DNA of 64,000 nt from assembly GCA_000182565.2 (NCBI GenBank), contig KQ257452.1; one strand, 5' to 3'. A program made the position numbers and the translations under genes. The stretch's first letter is position 1. The number at the start of each line of letters is the position of its first letter. Origin of the DNA: Spizellomyces punctatus DAOM BR117 (taxonomy: Eukaryota). The notes under the pieces are model-generated. The model ran no database searches. It was given only the letters and a program-made list of their open reading frames with translations, and had not been told where the DNA came from. This document shows, in pieces, positions 36,592 to 49,398 of the stretch.

Positions 36592-36786
36592 AGTAGTATC
36601 TTCAGAAATTACAAAAAAGAAAATGGGCAGGCTATAATTGGAAGGGGAATTCAGCTTAACCCCATTTACATGGCTCGGAAAACTTTTAAAAGTCGAACAT
36701 CCTTTTTACTACCATTTCCAAAACAACAATCATCTAGAGTTTCTTCACATTTTAATCCTCCATCTAGTAGAAGTATATCCGGCATT

Positions 36787-38519
36787 ATGACTCTATTTTC
36801 CCGTGAGCTTGAAGACGGNNNNNNNNNNNNNNNNNNNNNNNNNNNNNNNNNNNNNNNNNNNNNNNNNNNNNNNNNNNNNNNNNNNNNNNNNNNNNNNNNN
36901 NNNNNNNNNNNNNNNNNNNNNNNNNNNNNNNNNNNNNNNNNNNNNNNNNNNNNNNNNNNNNNNNNNNNNNNNNNNNNNNNNNNNNNNNNNNNNNNNNNNN
37001 NNNNNNNNNNNNNNNNNNNNNNNNNNNNNNNNNNNNNNNNNNNNNNNNNNNNNNNNNNNNNNNNNNNNNNNNNNNNNNNNNNNNGTGCATTTGCCTTTAT
37101 GTTCGTCATGGTCACTGGGTGGGTGATGGCACTTGGATCCACACCCGCATTAGGTATCCATCCTTTTGAGCCTTTCCTCCGCTTTATACCTGTCAAACTA
37201 AAATCATCCGCTCAATCTCTCGCATAGACACGCTCTGTTCTCAGTCATGGACGGGTGCCGAAGATCGACATGAAGTTGGCATTCACCTACAAAGAGCACT
37301 CATGATCCTCTCATTGATGTACATCCCGATTGCCCTCCTTTGGTTCTTTGCCGAGCCGGTTTTACTGGCTTTGGGACAGGAACCAGAATTAAGCAGAATG
37401 AGCGCTTTGTTTATGAGGTGGTTGATTCTGGGTGCCCCTGGGTATATTTACTTTGAAGCCATCAAGTACGTTCACACCGTTCGTTATCCTGATTTTTTTC
37501 AGCACCTCATCGTTTTCCTTCATTAGAAAATACTTGCAAGCTCAAGGCATCATGCATGCTTCTACATTGGTATTAATGATCGCTTCTCCTCTCAACCTAC
37601 TCTACCTCTACCTCCTCGTACCCAAACTCGGCTTCATTGGCGGCGCAATTGCAATCTGCATCACATACTGGTCAATGCTCATTCTCCTTATCGGGTACGC
37701 AGTGCTCATTAACGGATCAGAGGGCTGGGGCGGTTGGTCTCGTAAATCCTTGCAGCAGTGGGGAACATTTTTGAAGCTCGCTATTGCTGGGATACTGATG
37801 GTTGGCAGCGAATGGATTGCTTTTGAAATTGTGGCTATTCTGGCGGGGTGGTTGGGAACCGTTCCGCTTGCGGCACAGAGTGTGGTTATGACTGCGGATC
37901 AGATCTTGAATACGGTGGGTACATGAAATCTCATTGTTCAGATACGCGGAAGACGGATAATTAATGTTCTCATTTGTTATGATGACAGATTCCTTTTGGT
38001 ATATCAATCGCAACTAGCAACCGCGTTGGTAACCTTTTAGGCCTTGGCTGCGCTCGCCGAGCACGCATGTCCTCTTATGCGTCGGCCTTCCTTGCTGCTA
38101 CAATGGGTACCATCATGCTCATAACTTTGATGCTCTCCCGCACAACTCTCCCCCTTCTCTTCTCATCGTCTCCGGAAGTAGTGGACCTGGTTGCACGGGT
38201 TCTTCCGTACGTGGCTCTCTTCCAAATCGCCGACGGTCTAGCCAATGCGTGTGGAGGGGCGCTGCGTGGAATGGGACGACAGAAGATTGGGGCATGGTGT
38301 AACTTGATCGGATATTATGTTTTGGCATTACCAATGGGTGTCGCCTTGGCATTTAAAGGTCGTATGGGTTTGATTGGGCTTTGGGTTGGACAGTGCGCTG
38401 CATTGTGCATTGTAGGGGTATTGGAATTGGGAGTCATTTCCTTGGGAACGAATTGGCGAAAGGAAGTTGAGTTGTGTAAGAAACGAGTAGCGATGGGGGA
38501 GATATGCGGTGGACATTAG
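36787..38519 (+). CDS. MATE family efflux transporter (5' end uncertain, spans gap 36819-37084)
   Basis: ALDTLCSQSWTG, GIHLQRA, LLALGQEPELS, YLQAQGIM, SEWIAFE, LAAQSV and GGALRGMGRQKIGAWCNLIGYY. Confidence 0.88.
36819..37084. other. Assembly gap
   Basis: Run of n. Confidence 0.99.
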
Positions 38520-38748
38520 AGTCCATAACTGGTGACATTATAGTTAGAAACGTTTGTAATTAGGTAGTTGTCTTCAAACACATACACACACTTTAACATT
38601 TGTCACAAGACATGTATACACTTTATATATATTTTTACAAAAGAGAATCATGCGGAAGACTGAACTCTATACACACTGACTCACCGCCACCTGCATAACC
38701 TAGTCAACAAACGGTACCAGACGCTGAAAAAAGCACGAATCAGTCTTG

Positions 38749-39744
38749 CTAATTGTTGATATTCAACTGTGACCAACACATACCTAGGAATGCACGCAGC
38801 GAGGGTAACAGGTTAGCTGCAAGTTCCATTTCTTTCAGATGCGATGTATACAAAAGTGAAGGAGAGATTGGGTTCTCCGAAAGCGAGGGTGATGATGACC
38901 GTGAGAGTGGGGTTGCTTCCCTGACCAAACCGGTGGGAACCGGCATTGGAACATACTACAAGACAAGAGAAGCCGCCTAGGATCAGGTTGTCCTGATTGA
39001 CCAAACGGGCAACCGAATACTTGCCGATTCTTTAAATGACAGCGTGATAGGGGTGATAGGGGTGATAGGGGTAATAGGTGAACCAAGGTTCGGCTAAACA
39101 GAATGTTCCAAACTAGGATCACCTATCTACAGACGACATCAATGTGAAAAACACCACTTGCCAAAGCTAGCGTCTCTTGTATAGTATCTGATGGAGTGTC
39201 CGACACGGTATGAAGGAGCTGATCGAAGACACATGGCTTGGCGCTCAGCTCCATGGGTGCATCCAATGACGAGAGTAATGATTCCAGGTCAGCTTGAGTC
39301 GAATCGCATATGGATGCTGGCGGCGTTGGCGGAAACAAGTCTTGGACTTCAACTGGAGCAGACTGCGTTGCTTGTTCGCCTTGGCCATCCACAATGCGGA
39401 CAAGCATACTTTTCAGTCGTGTGACCTCACGTCGAAGGTCTGCCACTTCTGTCTCTTTTTCTTTCAGAGCTGTGGTCAATCGCGTCTCTCCTTCGCGAAG
39501 AAGACTGACTGTGCGCTGAAGGTCCTCCACAGTGCTTTCAAGGCCAGCATAATACTAAGAGGATAGATTCATGAGGCGAGAATTGGGCAAAAGCAGTGGA
39601 CCATGCTCTCACCTCCATCTTTTTTGCTCGAAAGGCTGCTTGCGCTGTTCGGTTGCGATCCTTGCGCTGTTCATCTGTGAATATCCTGTGACGCCCTCGC
39701 CTCTTTTGTTTCGAGGACTGGAAAGCAGGGCAAAAGTTGGACAT
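38749..39744 (-). CDS. bZIP transcription factor (AP-1/Yap-type basic region)
   Basis: RKDRNRTAQAAFRAKKME|YYAGLESTVEDLQ... zipper. GT-AG intron 39612-39555 and GC-AG introns 39161-39094 and 39024-38956 give one open frame. Confidence 0.82.
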
Positions 39745-39891
39745 GACAAATGCTGGAGTAAAAAGGCTAGTAGACAAATCTTGTAAAAAAAACAAAGAAT
39801 GTTCAAAGTGCCTTGTGGGGAGTGTTTTCCCCCCACAAACGGGTTAAGCGTTGGAATCCAGCCAGATCCAACCAGTTGAATCTACAAGTGA

Positions 39892-40154
39892 TTATCTTAT
39901 CGTTTGGAAGATAAGCGACAAACTTGAAATAACATCTGGCACAGAAAGAAGGCAGAAGGGAGATTATGGTTTCTCTCTCTCTCTTTGCTACTCAGCCCTT
40001 TTTGTTACAGGGCTTTTGCAAGATAAAGTCTTTGTTATCTTGCAATGCAGAGAGAGGCATGTCAAACGCGAGATAGGGAAACAAGAGGTGTGACATCTCA
40101 CACATGTGCATCTCTCTCCACACACACACACACAAGAGAGATGATTCCCTATCT
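39892..40154. promoter_or_regulatory. Cluster of 7 HGATAR sites in the bZIP/permease divergent promoter
   Basis: TTATCT 39892, TTATCG 39897, AGATAA 39909, AGATAA 40021, TTATCT 40035, AGATAG 40071, CTATCT 40149. Confidence 0.6.
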
Positions 40155-40319
40155 TTATTTTCTTACATACAGCATTTTATTAAAAGTAGATTCGACATCT
40201 CGTTTTTTTACATAAAGAAATATCCCTTCTTTCCAATGTCTTGTCTATAGTGTTAATCTCTTGTTTCTTACTCGAGCCTCCTTCTTGGATTTGTTTCTTG
40301 CATATAAAGTTGTCCAAAT

Positions 40320-40982
40320 NNNNNNNNNNNNNNNNNNNNNNNNNNNNNNNNNNNNNNNNNNNNNNNNNNNNNNNNNNNNNNNNNNNNNNNNNNNNNNNNN
40401 NNNNNNNNNNNNNNNNNNNNNNNNNNNNNNNNNNNNNNNNNNNNNNNNNNNNNNNNNNNNNNNNNNNNNNNNNNNNNNNNNNNNNNNNNNNNNNNNNNNN
40501 NNNNNNNNNNNNNNNNNNNNNNNNNNNNNNNNNNNNNNNNNNNNNNNNNNNNNNNNNNNNNNNNNNNNNNNNNNNNNNNNNNNNNNNNNNNNNNNNNNNN
40601 NNNNNNNNNNNNNNNNNNNNNNNNNNNNNNNNNNNNNNNNNNNNNNNNNNNNNNNNNNNNNNNNNNNNNNNNNNNNNNNNNNNNNNNNNNNNNNNNNNNN
40701 NNNNNNNNNNNNNNNNNNNNNNNNNNNNNNNNNNNNNNNNNNNNNNNNNNNNNNNNNNNNNNNNNNNNNNNNNNNNNNNNNNNNNNNNNNNNNNNNNNNN
40801 NNNNNNNNNNNNNNNNNNNNNNNNNNNNNNNNNNNNNNNNNNNNNNNNNNNNNNNNNNNNNNNNNNNNNNNNNNNNNNNNNNNNNNNNNNNNNNNNNNNN
40901 NNNNNNNNNNNNNNNNNNNNNNNNNNNNNNNNNNNNNNNNNNNNNNNNNNNNNNNNNNNNNNNNNNNNNNNNNNNNNNNNNN
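40320..40982. other. Assembly gap
   Basis: Run of n. Confidence 0.99.
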
Positions 40983-42543
40983 ACGATCTCGTGCTCTGAT
41001 CTGTTGGTTGACCGGATGGATCAACACTATTGGACAAGTTTCTCTCGTATGCTCCATTGCGTTCGGTGGAGCATCCATGATCGCGGCATTTATTCAAGTA
41101 GCGACCGATGATAGCATTATTTTGGATTCTCGCCAAATCTACGGAATATGCCTTGTCATTTTGGTGGGTTAGCAGTGCTCAACACGTTTGTAGTTTTCAG
41201 TTATTCCTAATGGTTATCTTGTGCAGGTGGTGTACGGACTCATTAGTGGCCTTGCCACATCCATTATAGCGAGACTGCAAGTGTACTTTGCTACTGTCAA
41301 CATACTCTCCTCAATTGCCATTGTCATTGCCCTGGTTGTGACCGCATCAAACAAAGGCAACGTCGTGCCAGCCAAGACTGCATTTTTTGAGGTGAGCACC
41401 CTGTTCGTCCCTCCCACTTTTTGGTACGATACTGATATAGAACTTTTCGATTTTTCAGTTCACAAACAACATCAGCTGGCTCAACAGCCCCGGCTTTACA
41501 TTTCTCATCTCGACAACAGGTCCACTCTGGTGTTTGACGGGATACGACAGCGCGGCCCACATTTCGGAAGAAAGTTCCAATGCATCAACTGCCGCTCCCA
41601 GAGCCATCATATACGCCGTATCTGCGATGGGCGTACTGGGTTGGGCAACAATGCTCGCAATCTCTTTCGTTACGACGGACGTGACCAGTGTGGTTAACTC
41701 GACTTTGCCTTTGCCCATGGCCCAAATACTGTTGGACAACATGGGAAAAAAGGGAATGCTGGCCGCTTGGTTCTTTGTAACTTTGACACAGATCGTTGGT
41801 GGTATTCCTCAGGTTAGTTACAATAACCAGGTCATACCAGACGACCTTTTATCATCTTCAATTCCTGATATATCCTCTCCTTTTCATAGTGCATTGACGC
41901 ATCGCGAGCAGTATACGCATTCTCCCGAGATGGCGCTCTTCCCCTGTCTCGCTACTGGCGCCGCCTGAATCCGAAAACTCTCACACCGATCCATGCTGTG
42001 TGGTTTGTCGTCTTCAGCTCCGCCGTGTTGGGGCTTCTTGCCCTCGTTAACTTGACAGCGGTTGAAGCCATCTTCAACTGTGCTGCACTGGCATTGTACA
42101 TTTCGTACGCCATTCCAATTTTGATGCGGATAACATACGGCCGAAAGACTTTCCAGCCGGGACCATTCTCACTTGGATCTTTCAGTGTTCCTATTGGCAC
42201 CGTTGCATGCTGTTTTGTCCTTGTTCAGATCCCTGTGCAGCTATTCCCGCTAGGACCGGTTACAAACCCTCTGGACATGGTATGTTCATGATATTATGTC
42301 TTGTTGAGTGTTACCACTCATATCAATACCTTTATTGTACAGAACTACGCTGTGGTCGTGCTAGGCACTATTCTCATTGGTTCCTTGGGCTGGTTTTTCC
42401 TGGGTGCCCGTAGATGGTTTCAAGGTCCTCGTCTTACAATCTTGGAAGGATCTTCCACAGCAATGGAAATAAATTGCGACAATGAAAAGATTAGAAAGGA
42501 GATGGAGAATGAAATAACGTGGACTGCTGGGCAAGCCGTATAA
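40983..42543 (+). CDS. APC superfamily amino acid/choline (ACT) permease, GABA/polyamine transporter-like (UGA4/TPO5 type); 5' end in gap
   Basis: WLTGWINTIGQV, TGYDSAAHISEESSNA..APRAI, SRAVYAFSRDGALP, FQPGPFSLG, NYAVVV and ARRWFQGP. Confidence 0.88.
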
Positions 42544-42844
42544 ATGGAGGGGATCTATGGAGAGTCGATGTACATTTTTGTGACATTTCTTTTTGTATGC
42601 ATATTATTTTGATCAATAGTTGATATTTACCAATGTTACCAGTATATTGTTCAGCCATCAAAAAAGTTTTTTGATTTACTTTCATCTTGCGATGATAACT
42701 GACAGTGTAAAGTGCAAATGATGGGCATCATATCAATGTGGCTTAGCAATTGATTAGAATGCATGGCTCCAACCATGACGCGGAATCGTCATCGTGCTCG
42801 TCAGCTCATCTCGCGCAACTTTGGGCCAACCTCAGATCACTCTC

Positions 42845-43639
42845 ATGAACTTGAATCCTCATAAAATGCGCTCCCATCATATAGTCCGCTTATACAGCAG
42901 TGCTGCCACCAAGGCGACAACCGCTGCTCCACAGCAACCGCCACCACCACCGTTGAACCCGTCCTCCCTTCAGTACACAACTCCCATCCTGTCAACTTAC
43001 TCCACCCGTCTCGCGTCTCACACATCCAGTATCAAATCCCCAAGATGGACGTACAAGGGCCCACCAAATACAGCCTGGCGACACGCCGCAATCCTCATCC
43101 CTCTTTGCACAGCACACGGAAAACCGTCCATTTTATTCACGATGCGATCCTCAAAACTACGGCGTCACGGAGGTGAGGTCTCTTTTCCAGGGGGAGCCGT
43201 TGACCCCGGGGATAAAGACGTGATTGCCACAGCGTTACGAGAAACCCATGAAGAAATTCTGATACCGCCAGACCATGTGACGGTATTGGGTCAGTTTCAT
43301 CCTTTACCGGACCGGACACACTCGATTTTGATTCATCCGATTTTATCGCATATCCATACGCCTCATTCCCTAGTTCCTGAATCCATGCCATTTAATCCTA
43401 CTGAGGTAGAAGAAGTCTTTTGTGTTTCGTTAGAGGAGTTGTTGGGTATGCAGACAGAGACAGAACACTTGCGGGGTGGAAAGCGACTGGTTAGGAACTG
43501 GAACGTGGGTGAAAAGAGAATTTGGGGATTGACGGCGTGGGTACTAGAAGCTGTGCTGCGAGTGGTGGTGGCTCCGGGTGGAGTGAGCGAAGAATGGAGA
43601 GAGGCATGGAGAGCAGAAAGAGGCATCTCAAATGATTGA
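42845..43639 (+). CDS. Nudix CoA pyrophosphatase (PCD1/NUDT8-like), single exon
   Basis: LFTMRSSKLRRHGGEVSFPGG plus Nudix box TALRETHEEI, NPTEVEEVF and IWGLTA. Confidence 0.9.
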   Translation: MNLNPHKMRSHHIVRLYSSAATKATTAAPQQPPPPPLNPSSLQYTTPILSTYSTRLASHTSSIKSPRWTYKGPPNTAWRHAAILIPLCTAHGKPSILFTMRSSKLRRHGGEVSFPGGAVDPGDKDVIATALRETHEEILIPPDHVTVLGQFHPLPDRTHSILIHPILSHIHTPHSLVPESMPFNPTEVEEVFCVSLEELLGMQTETEHLRGGKRLVRNWNVGEKRIWGLTAWVLEAVLRVVVAPGGVSEEWREAWRAERGISND

Positions 43640-43684
43640 TATCCCAAAAAGAAATACAGCCAATAAATGAATATAGAACCTTTT

Positions 43685-45144
43685 CTAGACACTGCCCGCT
43701 GCCAATGCTTCACTTAGAACCACCTCATCCTTACTGCTATTCCCCTTAACAATGTTTCTAATATAAAATTCCCCAGCCTTGTAACTCGATCTAACCAATG
43801 GTCCACTCGCCACATACTTGAACCCCAAACTTTTGGCAACCTCAGCCCAGTGGTCGAATTTGTCGGGATGAACATATTCGGCGACCTTCATATGCTTCTT
43901 GGTGGGTCGCATGTACTGGCCGAATGTTATAACGTCGACGTCAATGGCTCGGAGGTCTATATTGACGGATACAACATCAGTAGCGGTTCAACTGGCTTCC
44001 AATCAATAGCCAGTTCACATACCCTTCATAGCTTGCAAAACCTCTTCGTCCGTCTCCCCCAATCCCAACATCATGGACGTCTTTGTAACCAAATCCGAGC
44101 GCATCTTTTTGGCATGCTCCAGCACACTCAGCGATTGTCGAAATGTTGCCCGACGGTCTCGAACATATTTGGTAAGATTTTCAACGGTTTCAACATTATG
44201 TGCGTAAACATCGAGGCCGGACCTTGCGACCCGGGCAACATCTTCAAGTTTGCCTCGAAAGTCGCCCGTCAGGCATTCTACAAGAATATTGGGCGCTCTG
44301 AAAAATTACAAAGTAATGAATAAAAGGGAACGGGCTTGTCAACATAATATAACACACTTTGACTTTATCAACTCCACAGTCGTCGCAAAATGATCTGCTC
44401 CCCCATCGGCCAAATCATCCCGATCCACTGACGTTAAAACAACATAATCTAATCCCCATCGCGATATTGCTTCCGCAGTTTTTTCCGGTTCATCCGGATC
44501 CAAAGGTTTTGGTGCCCGATTTGTTTTAACGGAGCAAAACCGGCATCCTCTTGTACATTCATCCCCCATAAGCTACCCCAAAACATTCAAACTTTGAATC
44601 TTTGAAACATGGAACAACCATCACTCACCATTATGGTTGCCGTAGCAGTTTTATCCTCCCCACCACCCCAGCATTCTCCAATATTGGGACACCGCGCTTC
44701 CTCACAAACAGTATGCAACTTGAGGCCCCGCAAATCCTTTTTGAGACGGGCAAAATCCTCGCCGACGGGTATATCCGTTTTCAGCCATGAAGGAAGTCGT
44801 ACGTGACTAGCATAATACCCAAAAAACATTAGTGATCTCAATGGTAGGACAATGGAAGGTATGAAAATGCGACAAAACAAAACCAACTTTTTTCGTCGTA
44901 ATGCACCGCCTGTTGTTGTTTTGACGGGTTCCCTCAACTCCAACGCTTCCTCAACACTCAATTTATCCGATGCAGCTATAAAGTCGCCTAGATTGGGTCC
45001 ATTGGCGAGCTCCTCTGAGAACTTTCGTTGTTTCCCGTCATGTCGAGTCGTTGTCGCCAAGGTTCGACTTGACAATGACCGTGAGATAGCAGGAAAGGAA
45101 GGACGTGTTTGCAAGGCAAACCGTATCGATGTCCGTGCACTCAT
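43685..45144 (-). CDS. LIP5: Lipoyl synthase, mitochondrial (radical SAM)
   Basis: [33 protein letters not shown] and [13 protein letters not shown]. Confidence 0.96.
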
Positions 45145-45424
45145 CTTGTAAGTAACAATGCAAGTCTACTTGGTAGCTAACCAACCCTGGTTCTCCAAAA
45201 GCTTGGTGTTGCTGATAAACTTGTCCCCAACGACAATTCCATGTGGCACAGCAAAAAGACCAATATACCCAAATATGGATGCCGCGCATCATCGTCTTGT
45301 TTTCCGCCGATTCTTTTACAAACTAACTGTAAAAAATCGCCTACCCTATTTGTGACAAGAGAAAGATTCTAGTGTTATGTACAAGTGACTTCCTCGCAAC
45401 CCTCGAAAGCTACCCTCCACCCCA

Positions 45425-48400
45425 TCACACGCTAACCAAAACTTCCTTAAAGACAATGTCAACAGCCTCCCGTTTGATTAATCCACCGTCACTCTCATCC
45501 ACTGTTTCCTCCACAGTCTCAGCTTCTTCAACTTTTTCTGTAATCGCATCCACCACAGTGTCGTCAGAGACCCTCGGCACCATGAAAGAGTTCAAAAAGG
45601 ACATGATCATTTGGGTAGGCGGGGGTAGGACGTGGGATGGGGCCGAGATATCAAAGACTATAGCAGATGTAGCCTTGTAGGGTTGAGCAGTGGGTTGCGT
45701 GGGTTGATTTTGGTATAGATTCGTTAGGGACGTGCGAGAGGAAGGTTGTTCTTCAATCTTTTTCTGTAAGAAAAATACCATTAGTATTTATTCAACATGA
45801 GAAACGATCCCGCTGACCACTTACAACAACACGGGGTCCCTCAGTATCATTTTGACTCAAAACCTCTAATTCACCATTTTGATTCAATAGAACCAAGTCG
45901 GACTCTGCCTTCTTGGGCCTGAACACCGCCGAGAAGCAAGGTACAGCAAGGGATGACGATGCCAAGGGTGTTGGTGATCCAGTTTCAAAAATAAGTAGAC
46001 GTGTCGCTGTCCTCCGAATTGCAGGAGAGTGTTTCGATCCAGGCAAGCTATCCTCATGTGCCAGGACAACGAAACGAGATTGGCTTGGGTCAACCGCAAT
46101 GGAATGCACGTGTAACCGGAGTGACCATAGTACTACACGACAAGAATAAGTCCCATGGAATTATCAGCCAAGTCTGCAACGCACAACTCACATGTGCAGC
46201 TGAGAAGGTTCCAAACATATACCCGGTCGTCTGTGCATGATATCAAATGTGATGTACCAACAGCTCGGACACGTCGAATGGGTGATCGGGGAAGAGGAGA
46301 TGCGAGGACCCCATGTAAACGAGAGCCAAATGCGTCCCATATGGTGATCAACTGCAGTAAACATTCAGATAAGTATCCCCACGTCATTCTTAACACGGAT
46401 GTTAGAGACTATACCTGTCCGAACGCGATTGCTATGATCGAACCATCGTTGGAAAATGTCGCATCATATGCGGGGAGGTTTTGGTACGTTCCCCACGATG
46501 TGCATAGCCAGTGTTCTAATACGACGAGATATTGTCGTTAGCCTAATACGTCAAGTAATCCTACAAACTACAATAGCACCTCACCCTTCACGTCGCTGTG
46601 TGCCGTTTTTGCCAGTTGCCATATCTTGAACGTTCCATCCTCGCTCGTCGTGACGGCGATCAACGACGTTCCACTGATCTTCAAGCTCGTAATGGGTCCC
46701 TTGTGGGGTTGGTCCATGCGCGTGACCACTTTGTAGCTAAAATAGACGAGTCAAAAACGAATCTTGTTGCGGGCGTCTACGAGATGATTCCTTACCTTTG
46801 GGCATTTTCATCGTACTCCCAAAACTTGAGGAAATTTTGCGACTGACCATCTTCAATCGAAGTTCGTTCTTCACTCTACAAAACCGCCACGCCACGTCAA
46901 CGCTTCGCAGATCCGTTGCGCAAGAGCTTCGACTACATACTGTTGCCATCCATGCCGCGTCAGCAGAGAATGCCACATGCGTGATACGCGCATTTATACG
47001 GCTTCCATTGCCATCGTCCAGCTGAGAAACTGGATTGGGTATGACTTCAACCTATTGTATCTAGTATCAGCGGACAGTCCCGATCAATCATTTTGCCTCG
47101 AATACTTGTTACCTGTAATACTGATGAATCATCTGCCACGTCGTAAAATTGGAGATGACCAGGATATCCTTCTAATACAATCGCCTTGCTCTTAGGTTCC
47201 ACCAATAGCCCAGTCCGGAGTGTCTGCTGATCCCCGATCGACGTTGCTATGACCCATAGTCTGATCAACACACACAGACCTGATGATACGCATACAGTCC
47301 TTAAACTCACCAAACTGCAATCCAGTTACAACCCTTTTTACGGTCAAATTTATCGCCGATATCAACCGAACAGTGTTATCCTTATGATACAGTGCATATG
47401 AAGTCTGGTCGGGGCTGACGGCAATAGAGAAGATTTCTGACCCCAACCGCGGAAGGAACTGTTTGTGTCTCGTACGCAGCTGCCAGACAACCAGAACCAT
47501 TTCATTTCCACCAGATAGAAGATATCCGCCTGACGATGGGCAAGGTTAGTGCGTTGCCCCGACTAAATTGGTAAACCCCCCGCACTGCGTACCGTCACTT
47601 GTGAACGCGAGATCGTTAACCCTATGCGGGTGCCAGTGTAGGACTTCACGTACGGCATTCTGCTTTGAAGTTGCTATGACATTGTACCTGAATAACAAGA
47701 TACGATCAGTATCGTCAATAAGACGCTGTGAGCAGAATTCCGCTGGTACCAGATGGTGATGCGTCCTCGGATATCGCCAACCGCAATACTTTGGCCTGTA
47801 GGGTGTACGGCGAGGGAAGTAATCTCTTCGTCTGATTCGTATCTGTAACATCAGCAAGCACGTTAAACCTTACAGTAGGACCCAACAAGATCAACAAAAC
47901 CCGTACCTAGAGAGCTCTGACAAGGAGTCTGTATCGAAAACTGCCGCCATTGCCCGACTCGCGACAGCCATATAATTTCCATCGGCTGACGCCTCCAACG
48001 CCAACAAGGGCTTTTTTGTCTTCAGTAGCACCTTCTTCTTACGTGTCTCAAACCCGAAGCGGTGACATGTGTATTTCACGGACCTTGCGGTGGTTTCCGA
48101 GGCCGTCTTTTCCTCGCTTTGGGTTATGACGTATGCGTATTTGGGCTGTTTGGGGTTAATCACCATATCGGTGATGTGTTCGCCCACATCCCAAAACTGC
48201 CAAATAATAGAGCCATGTCAGTCTAAGTTGTTATGTACAATCTTTTTAAAATTCCTACGCACCTGAACAAGACTTCCTCCTTCAATATTCCAAAGACGAA
48301 TAATGCCATCCGACGATGCCGTGTATAGCTACGAGCCAAGAACGTTCGAGTGGGTACACGTCCGACACCCGATGTTACATCACATGTGATTCATACCTGG

Positions 48401-48848
48401 AGCGGGTTTGCGGGGTTGGGTTGAACTGCAGTGCAGACTGCTTGTTCCAAGTAAGAGGACAAGGACAAGACATGAAGGGGTAACCCAGTAGATGTATTGA
48501 AAACTTTTATACGTGTCGCATTGAAGGTGATAAATCGACTAGGACCCGCCCAGCTGAATGAATAAAAGCGGAACTAGGCGGTAAATGACTTATAGAGCAG
48601 TCATACCTCGAATCCGCTGTAAATATCACCCGTTTATCAGAGATTCGACCTCCTGCTTTGGCAGTGACCCGCCAAGAGACGCCTCTAGTAGCAGGGACAC
48701 CAGCTTCCTTGCTATTGGCGAGGTCATCCGCAGCTTTAACCTCTCGTCTGTATCGCCTTTGCCCTCTGGCCGGTCTACTTCTCTTCTTTTTCGTGCCATC
48801 GACCTCCTGGCCCGCTTGCGGGGTCGTCTTTGCGGTCTCTGGTGCCAT
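45425..48848 (-). CDS. UTP17: WD40 t-UTP subunit Utp17/Nan1/WDR75
   Basis: GGRISDKRVIFTADSR, LHWHPHRVNDLAFTSDG, LLSGGNEMVLVVWQL..KQFLPRLG and C-terminal PSHVLPP; many introns. Confidence 0.88.
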
Positions 48849-49305
48849 GACGGAATCTGCAAATGACAGTGATCTGCAATTGGAACTGGACATGCTTTTG
48901 CTTATCCTGCGCCACGTCAAAAAAATTACACTCTTACTTCATCATTTGGTAAGCCTTCATTCAAGTGTGAAATTGGATGTTTGAAAATGGGACGAGTAAG
49001 ATATAGTGAGCGCAAGCTAGAACAAGACTTTTGATCTAGGGCTTTAGGGATTTTGAGTCCGTTGCATATTAAAACTTAATTCTGTTGTGATTTGTTTTAA
49101 CAGTATCTGGGTTGATGCATATTGAGACCTCCCTTGGAATCCTCTTGGACATTTGTCTTTTCACCCATCGCAGGTCTACGTTTATTCATTCAAGAAAACA
49201 CGGGTTTCTCCGTAAAGCTTTCCGCTAAAACAAATCCGCCCCTCCGCTTGGATTTCACACCTTTTCCGCTATCACCTCTGATCAAATCACGTTTGCTAAT
49301 GAAAG

Positions 49306-49314
49306 ATGACTCAT
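49306..49314. promoter_or_regulatory. Perfect Gcn4/AP-1 site ATGACTCAT upstream of TAL1
   Basis: Sequence match 85 nt before the ATG at 49399. Confidence 0.45.
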
Positions 49315-49398
49315 ACAATCTTTCGCTTTTCGTATTTGGATTTGCCCGTGGTCATCGCACACTCACCCCATCTGCCACCAACATAAAGTTAACTCATC

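Noticed and set aside
40180-41172. Long ORFs of 250-318 aa in the ORF track
   Set aside because: These are artefacts of translating the N gap; the same applies to 36666-37227.
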